A stretch of DNA of 64,000 nucleotides from Macrostomum lignano (lineage: Eukaryota), in NCBI GenBank assembly GCA_002269645.1, contig NIVC01000616.1, positions 446,636-510,635 on the forward strand, read 5' to 3'. The translations under genes were made by a program, and so were the position numbers. How positions within the stretch are numbered: position 1 is the first letter of the stretch; the number at the start of each line of letters is the position of its first letter. Below the pieces are notes generated by a model. It made no database searches. It was not told the DNA's origin and worked only from the letters and a program-made list of their open reading frames with translations. Positions 24,201 through 37,100 of the stretch are shown here, one piece after another.

Positions 24201-27200
24201 GGTGTCGTGAGCGGACGAGAAATTCGTCACGCTCCGGGTCGGGATGCCGAGGGCGCGGCCGGCTGGAGTTGCGGGAGGAAGGGAGAATCCGTCTCATTCG
24301 ATCCATGTACATACTCGTCTCAATCTGCACAATGTCTACGCCCTCCCGGGGTCGCTTCACAAGCTCGAAAAGCACTTTCTTTCACAAACCCGAAACTTCA
24401 CAAGCTCGAAATTTCACATCCTCGAAAATTTTAGCAGGCGACTTCACAAGCTGCTAAAATGGTTTTCGATGTTGTGAAAGCAACCCGCCCTCCCTCACAC
24501 CCTATGGACACCCTCCCTCACACCCTATGGACACCCTCCCTCACACCCTATGGACACCCTCTCTCACACCCTATGGACACCCTCCCTCACACCCTATGGA
24601 CACCCTCCCTCACACCCTATGGACACCCTCCCTCACACGCTATGGACACCCTCCCTCACACCCTATGGACACCCTCCCTCACACCCTATGGACACCCTCC
24701 CTCACACGCTATGGACGCCCTCCCTCACACCCTATGGACACCCTCCCTCACACCCTATGGACACCCTCTCTCACACGCTATGGACACCCTCCCTCACACC
24801 CTAATGGACACCCTCCCTCACACCCTATGGACACCCTCCCTCACACCCTATGGACACCCTCTCTCACACGCTATGGACACCCTCCCTCACACGCTATGGA
24901 CACCCTCCCTCACACCCTATGGACACCCTCCCTCAAACCCAAATTACACCCTCCCTCACACCCTATGGACACCCTCCCTCACACCCTATGGACACCCTCC
25001 CTCACACCCTATATTACACCCTCCCTCACACCCTATGGACACCCTCCCTCACACCCTATATTACACCCTCCCTCACACCCTATATTACACCCTCCCTCAC
25101 ACCCTATGGACACCCTCCCTCACACCCTATGGACACCCTCCCTCACACCCTATGGACACCCTCCCTCACACCCTATATTACACCCTCCCTCACACCCTAT
25201 ATTACACCCTCCCTCACACCCTATGGACACCCTCCCTCACACCCTATGGACACCCTCCCTCACACCCTATGGACACCCTCCCTCACACCCTATGGACACC
25301 CTCCCTCACACGCTATGGACACCCTCCCTCACACCCTATGGACACCCTCTCTCACACCCTATATTACACCCTCCCTCACACCCTATGGACACCCTCTCTC
25401 ACACCCTATGGACACCCTCCCTCACACCCTATGGACACCCTCCCTCACACCCTATGGACACCCTCCCTCACACCCTATGGACACCCTCCCTCACACCCTA
25501 TGGACACCCTCCCTCACACCCTATATTACACCCTCCCTCACACCCTATATTACACCCTCCCTCACACCCTATGGACACCCTCCCTCACACCCTATGGACA
25601 CCCTCCCTCACACCCTATGGACACCCTCCCTCACACCCTATGGACACCCTCCCTCACACGCTATGGACACCCTCCCTCACACCCTATGGACACCCTCTCT
25701 CACACCCTATATTACACCCTCCCTCACACCCTATGGACACCCTCTCTCACACCCTATGGACACCCTCCCTCACACCCTATGGACACCCTCCCTCACACCC
25801 TATGGACACCCTCTCTTCCACCCTATATTACACCCTCTCTCCCACCCTATATTACACCCTCCCTCACACCCTATGGACACCCTCCCTCACACCCTATGGA
25901 CACCCTCTCTCACACCCTATATTACACCCTCCCTCACACCCTATGGACACCCTCTCTCACACCCTATATTACACCCTCCCTCACACCCTATGGACACCCT
26001 CTCTCACACCCTATATTACACCCTCCCTCACACCCTATGGACACCCTCTCTCACACCCTATATTACACCCTCCCTCACACCCTATGGACACCCTCCCTCA
26101 CACCCTATGGACACCCTCTCTCACACCCTATATTACACCCTCCCTCACACCCTATGGACACCCTCTCTCACACCCTATATTACACCCTCCCTCACACCCT
26201 ATGGACACCCTCTCTCACACCCTATATTACACCCTCCCTCACACCCTATGGACACCCTCTCTCACACCCTATATTACACCCTCCCTCACACCCTATGGAC
26301 ACCCTCTCTCCCACCCTATATTACACCCTCCCTCACACCCTATGGACACCCTCCCTCACACCCTATGGACACCCTCTCTCACACCCTATATTACACCCTC
26401 CCTCACACCCTATGGACACCCTCTCTCACACCCTATATTACACCCTCCCTCACACCCTATGGACACCCTCTCTTACACCCTATATTACACCCTCCCTCAC
26501 ACCCTATGGACACCCTCTCTCACACCCTATATTACACCCTCCCTCACACCCTATGGACACCCTCTCTCACACCCTATATTACACCCTCCCTCACACCCTA
26601 TGGACACCCTCTCTCCCACCCTATATTACACCCTCCCTCACACCCTATGGACACCCTCTCTCACACCCTATATTACACCCTCCCTCACACCCTATGGACA
26701 CCCTCTCTCCCACCCTATATTACACCCTCCCTCACACCCTATGGACACCCTCTCTCACACCCTATATTACACCCTCCCTCACACCCTATGGACACCCTCC
26801 CTCACACCCTATATTACACCCTCCCTCACACCCTATGGACACCCTCCCTCCCACCCTATATTACAGCCTCCATCACACCCTATGGACACCCTCTCTCCCA
26901 CCCTATATTACACCCTCCCTCACACCCTATGGACACCCTCTCTCACACCCTATATTACACCCTCCCTCACACCCTATGGACACCCTCCCTCACACCCTAT
27001 ATTACACCCTCCCTCACACCCTATGGACACCCTCCCTCCCACCCTATATTACAGCCTCCATCACACCCTATGGACACCCTCCCTCACACGCTATGGACAC
27101 CCTCTCTCATCAGGCAGTGTACACCCTCCTCATCCAGTGTACGCCTGATCCCTATCAAGATGTACAGCACTCCTCTCCCCATCTGCCAGCTCACCCGAAG

Positions 27201-30200
27201 TCAGGCAGCCAGAGAACACCCAGCACTGCCCGAACATCACAGGCCGCTTGTTGGTGTGAAATTCCTGGAAAATCTTCAAGCTGCCGGTCCACTCGGTGGG
27301 GCTCCGGCCGTCCTCGTAGTTCCCAGACCAGTTGCCGACCAGCAGGCCGCCCTCGTCGATGGAGTTGATCACGGCTGACAGGGCGCGGGCCACCTTGACG
27401 GGGTTGGCCCACTCCTCCCAGGCCAGCTGGGAGCCGGACAGCAGCAGCAGCACGCAGTCCAGGACCGGAGACTCGAACTGGCGAGGGAACAGCGGGTGGA
27501 TGAAGGGGAACTGGGGCTGGGAGATGAGAGTAGAGTTGGGAGAGTGAGGGGAGAGAGGGGAGGAGAAGGCAGGGCGAAAGAAAAGAGAGCGGGGGAAGAG
27601 GGAGAGTGGAATGGAGGGGAGAGAGGGGAGGGAGAGGGATGGGGATGGAAGGGAGAGAGGAGATGAAGGCGAGAAGGGAGGGAAAGGGGGGAGAGGGAGA
27701 GAAGGTGGAGCTGGGAAAGGAGAGTGTGATGGAGGGGAAAGAAGAATGTGATGTAGGGGAAGGAGAGTGTGATGGAGGGGAAAGGAGAGTGGGATGGAGG
27801 GGAAAGGAGAGTGGGATGGAGGGGAAAGGAGCGTGTGATGGAGGGGAAAGGAGAGTGTGATGGAGGGGAAAGGAGAGTGGGATAGAGGGGAAAGGAGAGT
27901 GGGATGGAGGGGAAAGGAGCCTGGGATGGAGGGGAAAGAAGAATGTGATGGAGGGGAAAGGAGAGTGTGATGGAGGGGAAAGGAGAGTGGGATGGAGGGG
28001 AAAGGAGAGTGGGATGGAGGGGAAAGGAGCGTGGGATGGAGGGGAAAGAAGAATGTGATGGAGGGGAAAGGAGAGTGTGATGGAGGGGAAAGGAGAGTGG
28101 GATGGAGGGGAAAGGAGAGTAGGATGGAGGGGAAAGGAGAGTGGGATGGAGGGGAGAGAGAGGAGAGGGGAGAGGAGAGAGGAGAGAGGGGAGAGTGTGG
28201 AAGGAGATTAAGGGGAGAGAGGGGACAGGGAGAGGGTGAGAGGCTCCCCTATAAATGTCAATGCCTCACCTGGCCGAAGAACCAGGGCTTGCCGGGGCCC
28301 CGCCAGGTGACGGGGTTGCGCAGGAACAGCATCCCGCTGTCCTCCATCACGAACTCCTGGCGCTCCTTGTCGACTCCCATGAACACGGGGTCGTCTAGTT
28401 CGGGGTTGGAGGGGTTTTGAAGCTCAGGTTGCCTCAAACTACAAGACTGGTTCCGATCTGATGTCTAACATGTTCCAGTCCGATATCTAACATGTTCCAA
28501 GCTGATATCTAACATGTTCCAAGCTGATATCTAACAGGTTCCGATCTGATATCTAACGTGTTCCAAGCTGATATCTAACATGTTCCAAGCTGATATCTAA
28601 CATGTTCCAAGTTGATATCTAACATGTTCCAAGTTGATATCTAACATGTTCCGAGCTGATGTCTAATATGTTCTAAGCTGATATCTAACAGGTTCCGATC
28701 TGATATCTAACAAGCTCCGATCTGATATCTAACATGTTCCAAGCTGATATCTAATATGTTCCAAGCTGATATCTGACAGGTTCCGATCTGATATCTAACA
28801 TGTTCCAAGCTGATATCTAACATGTTCCAAGCTGATATCTAACATGACCCGATCTAATATCTAACATGTTCCGATCTGATATCTAACAGGTTCCGATCTG
28901 ATATCTAACAGGTTCCGATCTGATATCTAACATGTTCCGATCTGATATCTAACAAGTTCCGATCTGATATCTAACAGGTTCCGATCTGATATCTAACAGG
29001 TTCCGATCTGATATCTAACAGGTTATAGCAGTGTTTAAACAGTTGGGATAACTGTAGTACATATCTAACAATCTCACAGAAGCCCCGAGCTCACCAATGT
29101 GAAAGGGATTGTAGATCAGCAGAATCTCGACATTGGCCTCCATTGAAACGGCCAGGCTGGGCGAGTGGAACAGGGTCACCTTGGTGATTCGGTACTTGGA
29201 CACGGGAGCGTCAAAGCCTGCGCTCAGCTGCACGCACAGTGTAGTGCTGTCCGACTTGCTCTTCACCTGACATACATTTGTTCATCACAACAGTTAACTT
29301 CATGCAGCACCAATTCGGGTTGGCATGAATCTACTTTCATCACTCACCAGATTCATTTTGAACGGGCATTTGTCATCCCCCGTCTGAGAGGATATCTGAA
29401 GTAAGACAGGGGTGAGATTTCACCATTAGATTATCGACCATGAGATTATCAACCTTGAGATTATCAACCATGAGATTATTAATCATGAGACTATCAACCA
29501 TGAGATTATCGACCAGAGATTATCGACGAGAATAGACAGGAGTGAGAATGAACAAGATTGAGAATAGACGAGTGAGAATATAAAAGACTGAGAATAGACA
29601 AGACTGAGAATAGACAAGACTGAGAATAAACAGGACAGAAGAGATCCAAGAGTGAGAATTGACAAGATTGAGAATTGACAAGAGTGAGAATTGACAAGAT
29701 TGAGAATTGACAAGAGTGAGAGTAGACAAGATTGAGAATAGATTTTAGATTGAGAATAGACAAGAGTGAGAATAGACAAGATTGAGAATCGACAAGAGCG
29801 AGAATAGACAAGATTGAGCATAGACAAGAGTGAGCATAGACAAGATTGAGCATAGACAAGAGTGAGCATAGACAAGAGTGAGCATAGACAAGAGTGAGCA
29901 TAGACAAGAGTGAGCATAGACAAGAGTGAGCATAGACAAGAGTGAGCATAGACAAGAGTGAGCATAGACAAGAGTGAGCATAGACAAGAGTGAGCATAGA
30001 CAAGAGTGAGCATAGACAAGAGTGAGCATAGACAAGAGTGAGCATAGACAAGAGTGAGCATAGACAAGAGTGAGCATAGACAAGAGTGAGCATAGACAAG
30101 AGTGAGCATAGACAAGAGTGAGCATAGACAAGAGTGAGCATAGACAAGAGTGAGCATAGACAAGAGTGAGCATAGACAAGATTGAGAATGAGCTACCTGA

Positions 30201-32069
30201 AAAACATCAAACACATGTTGCAGAAGCAAAATCTAGCAAGCAAACAGCAATTATTCTTCAACAAAGTGATACCGAAAGCATACAATGTCCATTTATCAAA
30301 CATAAAAATGACACCGGAAATCCTGTGCAACGACTAAGCAATGTCCTAAATAACCATAAGAAGCCATATTGAGAAGCCACACCCGCCCACGCGCAGAATG
30401 GTGGCTAGCAGAAGTATTTTCGGTGCAAATTCGTCCTGCACCGACACGTCAATTCAACCAGCCATGCATCCGCTCGTTTAGGCAAAAATTTGAAAGCCAA
30501 ACTAAGAGTTTAATAATTCGAATGTTTAATTTAATAGAGTGCCTGCCCTTTTGTATATGTAAATTCGGTGCAGAATGCAGGTCACACAGAAAAAGTAAAT
30601 TTTCAAAGCCCGCCAAATGTCCTTTGATTTGAAATAATCAATAAATACTTCCAAATTTAGCAACAAATTCCAAATTTGCAATCATAAAATATTACTAATA
30701 AAACAATATAAGGAATCCAAATATTAATAATACCAGAATGACACAACTGTAAAATATTCAAAATTAAGTAGCATAAAAGACTTTAATTAACAATCATACA
30801 GTAAAAAACAAAAGTAAAGTAACAAACAAGCTATAAAAAATTAAACATCATAAAATATCCCAAATAATTCATAAACTGTCCCAAATTAACCATAAACTGT
30901 CCCAAATTAACCATAAAATACCCCTTGCTTCAGGTGCATTTAGAAATCCGCATCCTTCACCTCCTGCAGCGTCCAAATCCTGCGCAGCTTCTCCTGCCCG
31001 TAGCTCTCATTCGACATCGTCAAGGCGATGATGTTGATCCCCGAGTTCAGCTCGGCGTTGAACTTCAACATCAAGCGGAAAGGAGCGCCCCGGCGAACCA
31101 CGAGGGCCGCCTGGGCCTCCTCGTTCTGCTGGTACTGACGGGTGTGGTGCAGGAACCCGTTGTCCCGGTGACAGAGGTCCAGGCTGACCTCTAAGTCATT
31201 GTGGAGGGGGGTTGCGTACGCGTGCACTTTTCTGACGTTTTGTTTCGCACAATGATCCCTAATCCCTATCCATACACGTGACTGATGCATTTAGCTCTGC
31301 ACTGCTTTGCAATAAGCGATATGTCCATCCTGAATCACAGTGATGCTGACTGATCCTGACTGATCCTGAATCACAGTGATCCTGACTGATCCTGAATCAC
31401 AGTGATCCTGACTGATCCTGAATCACAGTGATCCTGACTGATCCTGACTGATCCTGAATCACAGTGATCCTGACTGATCCTGAATCACAGTGATCCTGAC
31501 TGATCCTAAATCACAGTGATCCTGACTGATCCTGAATCACAGTGATCCTGACTGATCCTGAATCACAGTGATGCTGACTGATCCTGACTGATCCTGAATC
31601 ACAGTGATCCTGACTGATCCTGAATCACAGTGATCCTGACTGATCCTGAATCACAGTGATCCTGACTGATCCTGAATCACAGTGATCCTGACTGATCCTG
31701 AATCACAGTGATCCTGACTGATCCTGAATCACAGTGATCCTGACTGATCCTGACTGATCCTGAATCACAGTGATGCTGACTGATCCTGAATCACAGTGAT
31801 CCTGAATCACAGTGATGCTGACTGATCCTGAATCACAGTGATCCTGACTGATCCTGAATCACAGTGATGCTGACTGATCCTGAATCACAGTGATCCTGAC
31901 TGATCCTGAATCACAGTGATGCTGACTGATCCTGAATCACAGTGATCCTGACTGATCCTGAATCACAGTGATGCTGACTGATCCTGAATCACAGTGATGT
32001 GCTCCTACACTTAGACTCTACTTCAAAGCTCATTCACTCACCCGTAGGCATAGGCTTTGGCGAAGACAT
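21293..32069 (-). CDS. Transglutaminase (protein-glutamine gamma-glutamyltransferase), complete. Exons 32069-32042, 31190-30961, 29266-29095, 28394-28270, 27477-27195, 24262-24124, 23924-23630, 23126-22751, 22631-22474, 21825-21686, 21437-21293
   Basis: N-terminal beta-sandwich (LVVRRGAPFRLML); catalytic triad Cys (FGQCWVFSG), His (WNFHVWNE) and Asp (GWQAVDATPQE); RALGIPTRSVTNFSSAHD; DLTNLYKYEEGS; two C-terminal barrels. All junction phases are compatible. Confidence 0.95.
21935..22425. repeat. G-rich about 16-nt repeat (TTTTGGGGTGGTGGCTG-like) in a transglutaminase intron
   Basis: Seen directly. Confidence 0.9.
23140..23570. repeat. G-rich about 17-nt repeat (TTTTGGGGWGGTGGGTG-like) in a transglutaminase intron
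   Basis: Seen directly; related to the 21935-22425 array. Confidence 0.9.
24488..27110. repeat. 2.6-kb 23/24-nt minisatellite (CACCCTATGGACACCCTCCCTCA / CACCCTATATTACACCCTCCCTCA)n in a transglutaminase intron
   Basis: About 110 tandem units. Confidence 0.95.
27600..28230. repeat. Purine-rich 22-nt repeat (GATGGAGGGGAAAGGAGAGTGK)n in a transglutaminase intron
   Basis: Seen directly. Confidence 0.9.
28455..29022. repeat. 22-nt minisatellite (GATATCTAACATGTTCCAAGCT)n in a transglutaminase intron
   Basis: About 25 copies. Confidence 0.95.
29430..30185. repeat. 16-nt minisatellite (AGACAAGAGTGAGCAT)n, homogeneous at the right end and degenerate at the left
   Basis: Seen directly. Confidence 0.9.
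31325..32000. repeat. 26-nt minisatellite (GATCCTGAATCACAGTGATCCTGACT)n in transglutaminase intron 1
   Basis: About 25 copies. Confidence 0.95.
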
Positions 32070-32644
32070 GTCTCACTTTGGTGGCTCAAAAACTGCAGAT
32101 GCTCTGTGAATTAAACAGACGCGGCCGCATTATATGACAGGGTTAAGGCATTTCTATGCACAGCGAATCTGCAAGCCAGCCAGCCAGTGCCTCTATAACG
32201 GCTGGGCTATTTTTAGAACACGAGGGCAGACATGCAAAGGAGAGGTTGGCGCATGGTTGCTAAGCGACCATTGCAGGTGGCCTGTACGGCAGTTGCTTCA
32301 CCCTACAAAGTTGAATTGAACAATTACGCTCGCGCAAACTCGCTGGGGTCGAAACAACTCAGAAAAGCGTTGCTTTGCTTTACGCCACACTCGGTTGTAA
32401 CCACTAACACGCGCATAGAGGCAGACTTGAACCTGTGGCACAATAGTCTGCTGTTAAAATCAAAATAACCCATGCCCAGGAGTGCATTGCTTATCAACAA
32501 AAGTTAACTCAGATGTTTTTCTGGGTCTAATAGATGTTTTCCTGCAAAACGGTAAACAGTTACACAGCAAATTCGACTCATTTATTGTCATACTGTAGGT
32601 ATAATTAGATGTAGCAATTATTAGAAAGGTTTATAGCGTTAGTC

Positions 32645-32965
32645 TGCCCAGCAACTGAGGGTCTGGAAGGCTGGCCCAGCAACTGAGGATCTGGGAGGCT
32701 GGCCCAGCAACTGAGGGTCTGGGAGGCTGGCCCCAGCAACTGAGGATCTGGGAGGCTGCCCCCAGCAACTGAGGGTCTGGGAGGCTGGCCCCAGCAACTG
32801 AGGATCTGGGAGGCTGCCCTCAGCAACTGAGGGTCTGGGAGGCTGGCCCCAGCAACTGAGAATCTGGGAGGCTGCCCCCAGCAACTGAGGGTCTGGGAGG
32901 CTGGCGCTAGCAACTGAGGGTTTGAGAGGCTGCCCCCAGCAACAGAGGGTCTGGGAGGCTGGCTG
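32645..32965. repeat. About 30-nt minisatellite (CAGCAACTGAGGGTCTGGGAGGCTGGCCC)n
   Basis: About 10 copies, intergenic. Confidence 0.9.
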
Positions 32966-33409
32966 ATTTGGGATACTTGTAGATAATGAAAGAAAATTGA
33001 TTAAAGACAAAAGCCATAAGGTTTACCAAAACTCAAGAAGTCTCTGTGACTGACAGGGGTGTGCAAAATGGAACCGGTATGATTGAATAGGATAATATAT
33101 TCTGGGATAAACTGTAAGCAACTCACACAGGCGGCAGCAAATGTACAAGCAAGCAGTAGAAATAAATAACGAGAATAACTCAATTGCAATTACTCAGATT
33201 AAAAAATGCAAACTTGTTTACCGAAAGCTTATAGAAATTTTGAAGTAAAAATGCAAATTGACAGTTGTAAAACTGCAGCCGAGCAAGAATTGAGTTTTTA
33301 AAGCAAAACAGACCAGGTTAATGAAGGCAGTAACTGTGTGAGCAAGATTTATGACTTTAATTGAAATGCCACCAAAAGAAAGGAAAGGCCCGGTCCTGAA
33401 CTTGTCTTT

Positions 33410-34020
33410 GAGCATAGTCCTCAACTGGTCCTTCAAGGGTGGTCCTCAACTGGTCCTCTAAGAGGGTCCTCAACTGGTCCTCTAAGAGGGTCCTCAACTG
33501 GTCCTCAACTGGTCCTCCAAGAGTGGTCCTCAACTGGTCCTCTAAGAGTGGTCCTCAACTGGTCCTCTAAGAGTGGTCCTCAACTGGTCCTTATAAGACT
33601 GGTATAAGACTGGTATAAGACTGGTCAACTGGTCCTTATAAGAGTGGTCCTCAACTGGTCCTCTAAGAGTGGTCCTCAACTGGTCCTCCAAGAGTGGTCC
33701 TCAACTAGTCCTCCAAGAGTGGTCCTCAACTAGTCCTTCAAGAGTGGTCCTCAACTGGTCCTCTAAGAGTGGTCCTCAACTGGTCCTCCAAGAGTGGTCC
33801 TCAACTGGTCCTCCAAGAGTGGTCCTCAACTGGTCCTCAACTGGTCCTCCAAGAGTGGTCCTCAACTGGTCCTCCAAGAGTGGTCCTCAACTGGTCCTCC
33901 AAGAGTGGTCCTCAACTGGTCCTCCAAGAGTGGTCCTCAACTGGTCCTCCAAGAGTGGTCCTCAACTGGTCCTCTAAGAGTGGTCCTCAACTGGTCCTTC
34001 AAGAGTGGTCCTCAACTTTA
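33410..34020. repeat. 25-nt minisatellite (AAGAGTGGTCCTCAACTGGTCCTCY)n just 3' of FANCM
   Basis: Seen directly. Confidence 0.9.
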
Positions 34021-34115
34021 TAAGAGTGCTCATCAACTAGACTTAAAAATTGAACGCATGGTTTCACAAGCCAGTCCTTCACGCAGGTCTTTCAGGAGTT
34101 TCTCAGCAATAAAAA

Positions 34116-37100
34116 TCACTGGAAATCGTCCGAGCTGTTATCCGCGTCATCCGCGCAGAACTGTGTGTCCTCCTGAATCACCACCAGCCTCCGTCGTTGC
34201 TGTTTCGCTTGCTGCTGCTTACTACTTTTAGTAGTATTATTTACAGCCGCTTTTGCTCGCCGCTTGCCCAGAGCGATGGCGGCAGACAGCGGCGACTTGG
34301 CGGTGGCGGCGGCGGGGCTGACGGCCTGCTCGTTGGGCACCAGGAAGGAGTCGAACTGGTACTCGGACTCGGGCGACTCCGGCACGCCAGCCCGCGGCAG
34401 CTGGGAGAACACCTCGGCGGGATTGAACGACCGGTCAGCCAGAGAGGGGATTTTAAACCGGCGCGCGGGACTCTGCTGCGCAGTAGCCAAACTGCGCAGG
34501 TAGATTGCGCGCATACCGCCAGTGGCGGCTACAGCGGAAGTTTCCGCTTCCTGTTGGGTGGCGTCGTCTACGAAGCTCGACCCGGCGTCGCTGTCCGCAG
34601 CATCCGATGCCTCATCGCTCGACACGAAATCCGCGTCGCTGTCAGTCAGGGCGGCCTCGTCGTCAAGGAAGTCGCAACCTCCGCCGCGATGTCGCCGAGG
34701 CCTCTTCCGTCTCGGGTCTCGCTGGGGCCGCTCCTCCCGTTCTCCAGAAGCCGGCAAAGCGGCTGCCAAAGACAGGGAGCGAGCCTGCGACTTGGACAAA
34801 GACTTCGGCTTCTGCTTCTTCTTGGCCAGAAGCTTCTTCTGCGAGGCAAGAAATGAAGACGCGGACGCGGAGGAGGCGGAGCCGTTCAGCGCAGGGGATC
34901 CCGGCCGAGTCGGGGATGTTGATTTTCGCTTCATCGGGCGGGACGGCGACGCCCTGCTGAGCCGGGCATGACGAGTCGGAGTGGCCGGATTAGGAGGCGG
35001 GGGCGGCAGAGGTCGCAAGAAGTCATCGTCGCAGTCTTTGTTTATCTCCCCAGCAGCAGCAGCAGCAGCAGGCTTATCATTTGCATTTCTCTTTTTCTTT
35101 TCAAGCGATTGTTTTGGCAAAACTGGAGAATTCGACAGTTGGGTCAGTTCGGCAAGCCAGCTTGTGTCCAGCATCAATAGGTCCTCGTCATCATTAATTT
35201 TATTAGTCTTGTCATCATTAGTGCCGTTGCACTTTGGAGGAGTGGCTGGGGGCAGCTGCTTTATCAATTTCTGAGATGAAGCGCCCAGCTTGTCGAACAC
35301 AGGGGAAGCTTCTGCCGACGGCTCCACTGGCTGGAACAGGTCGGTCTCGATTCGAAACATGTCGGCAGTGACAGAGGACGGAACAGCCGCGGGCAAGTTG
35401 GACGACTGTTCGCTGTCGTCTGTTGCTTCAAGGAGGCGCAGCGCCGCCGAGAAGTCCAGCTGGTTGTCCGCGTTGCGAGCTGCAGCTGCAGGGGCCGCCG
35501 CCGGCTCTGCCACCGACCAGGCCGTCAGAGGTCGGCGCGCAAGCGGCGTCGGCGCCTCCGGGGTTGCGACCGGCATCAGCTGGAAGATCTTCGAGAATAT
35601 GCGGCCTCGTCGTCTGGCGGCTGAGTCAAACAATTTAGAGTCTTTGTTCGAATCTTTACAAATGGGAGTGTTCTGTACTGGAGGCACCGGCGAAGCGCAG
35701 ACAGCAGTAGTCTTTGTTGCTTTGATGTCGCAATTGTGGTTTTTGTTTACCCAGCCAATGGTTCCAATAGACTGGCTAGGGGTAGCGATATTGAGATCTT
35801 TGTCCGGCTTAAATAGTACCCCCCTTTCACACTCCCGACTGGCTTTAGGAGTGGAGGCGGCGGCGGTCTTAGGTACAGCTGACTCCGCATCAAGCTGGTC
35901 TTTGTAGTCATTATCAGTGGCAGATGGAACTACAACAAAGGCGACTTGCTTTTCTAGGTCTTTGTCCAAATCGCGGCTGTAGTCTTTGTTTGCAGACACA
36001 GTGAAGCCTAGGCTGCCAATTCGGCCAATTGTTCTAGGCGTTGCATTCTCGGTGCTACTAACCGGTTGCACTGGTCTTTGTTCCTCCAGGTCTTTATTCT
36101 GCTGCGCTGGTCTTTGTTCCTCCAGGTCTTTATTCTGCTGCGCTGGTCTTTGTTCCTCCAGGTCTTTATTCTGCTGCGCTGGTCTTTGTTCCTCCAGGTC
36201 TTTATTCTGCTGTGCTGGCCTTTGTTCCTCTAGGTCTTTATTCTGCTGTGCTGGTCTTTGTTCCTCCGGGTCTTTATTCTTCTGAACTGGTCTTTGTTCC
36301 TCTAAGCTGCCCAAATCTGCGATAGCAAAGCTGACCCGCTTCTGCGAGCAGCGCGGCAGGCTCTGGAACACGGAGCCAAACTTGGTTGGCCGCTGGCTAG
36401 CCAGCACCACCAAGTCCTCGGGCGGCGGCTTCTGGTCCTCAGCCGAGGCGAACAGATTGTCCACTGACCAGTTCTCGGCGCCGTCCAGCAGCTGCCAGTT
36501 GCTGTCGCCATCAGCAGCGGCTGGCTTCGACTTCAGCAGCAGCGTGGGCAGCAGCCGGCTGCGCTCCGACCGCCACTCCTCGGCCAGCTGGTCGACAATT
36601 TCGCCGACATCGTCCGGTTCGTCGGCGCTCAGCAGGCATTGAATCGCCGACTGCAGCGACTCCAGCTCGGCGGCCGTGGCGGGCTGGAACGGACGCAGCG
36701 AGTACAAAGGCCGCCTGGACGACGTTGCCTCGGCCAGCGACATGGTCGGCTCTGCCGCGGCAATGGAGGCGGCGGAGGCGGCAGCCTGTGACGATAGCCG
36801 ATGCCGCCGGACCGCTGCGGAGCTGCGAAACACGGGCGAAATCGGCGCGCCGTCCGTCTGAAGGTCGTTGGCATTTTCTGCAGGGGCCTCGGCATCTGCG
36901 ACAGCAGCAGGAGAGGTGGAGAAGGTGGCGATGTCTGCAATTAACATCATCATTATCATCAACATCGTCATCATCATAATCATCATTATCATTATCAACA
37001 TAATCATCATCAACATAATCATCATCAACATAATAATCATCATCATCATCATCAACATCATCATCATCATCAACATCATCATCATCATCATACGAGTAAA

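Noticed and set aside
24459-27378. Very long ORFs (969, 873 and 842 aa) in three plus-strand frames
   Set aside because: They are translations of a stop-poor 23/24-nt minisatellite inside a transglutaminase intron on the opposite strand.
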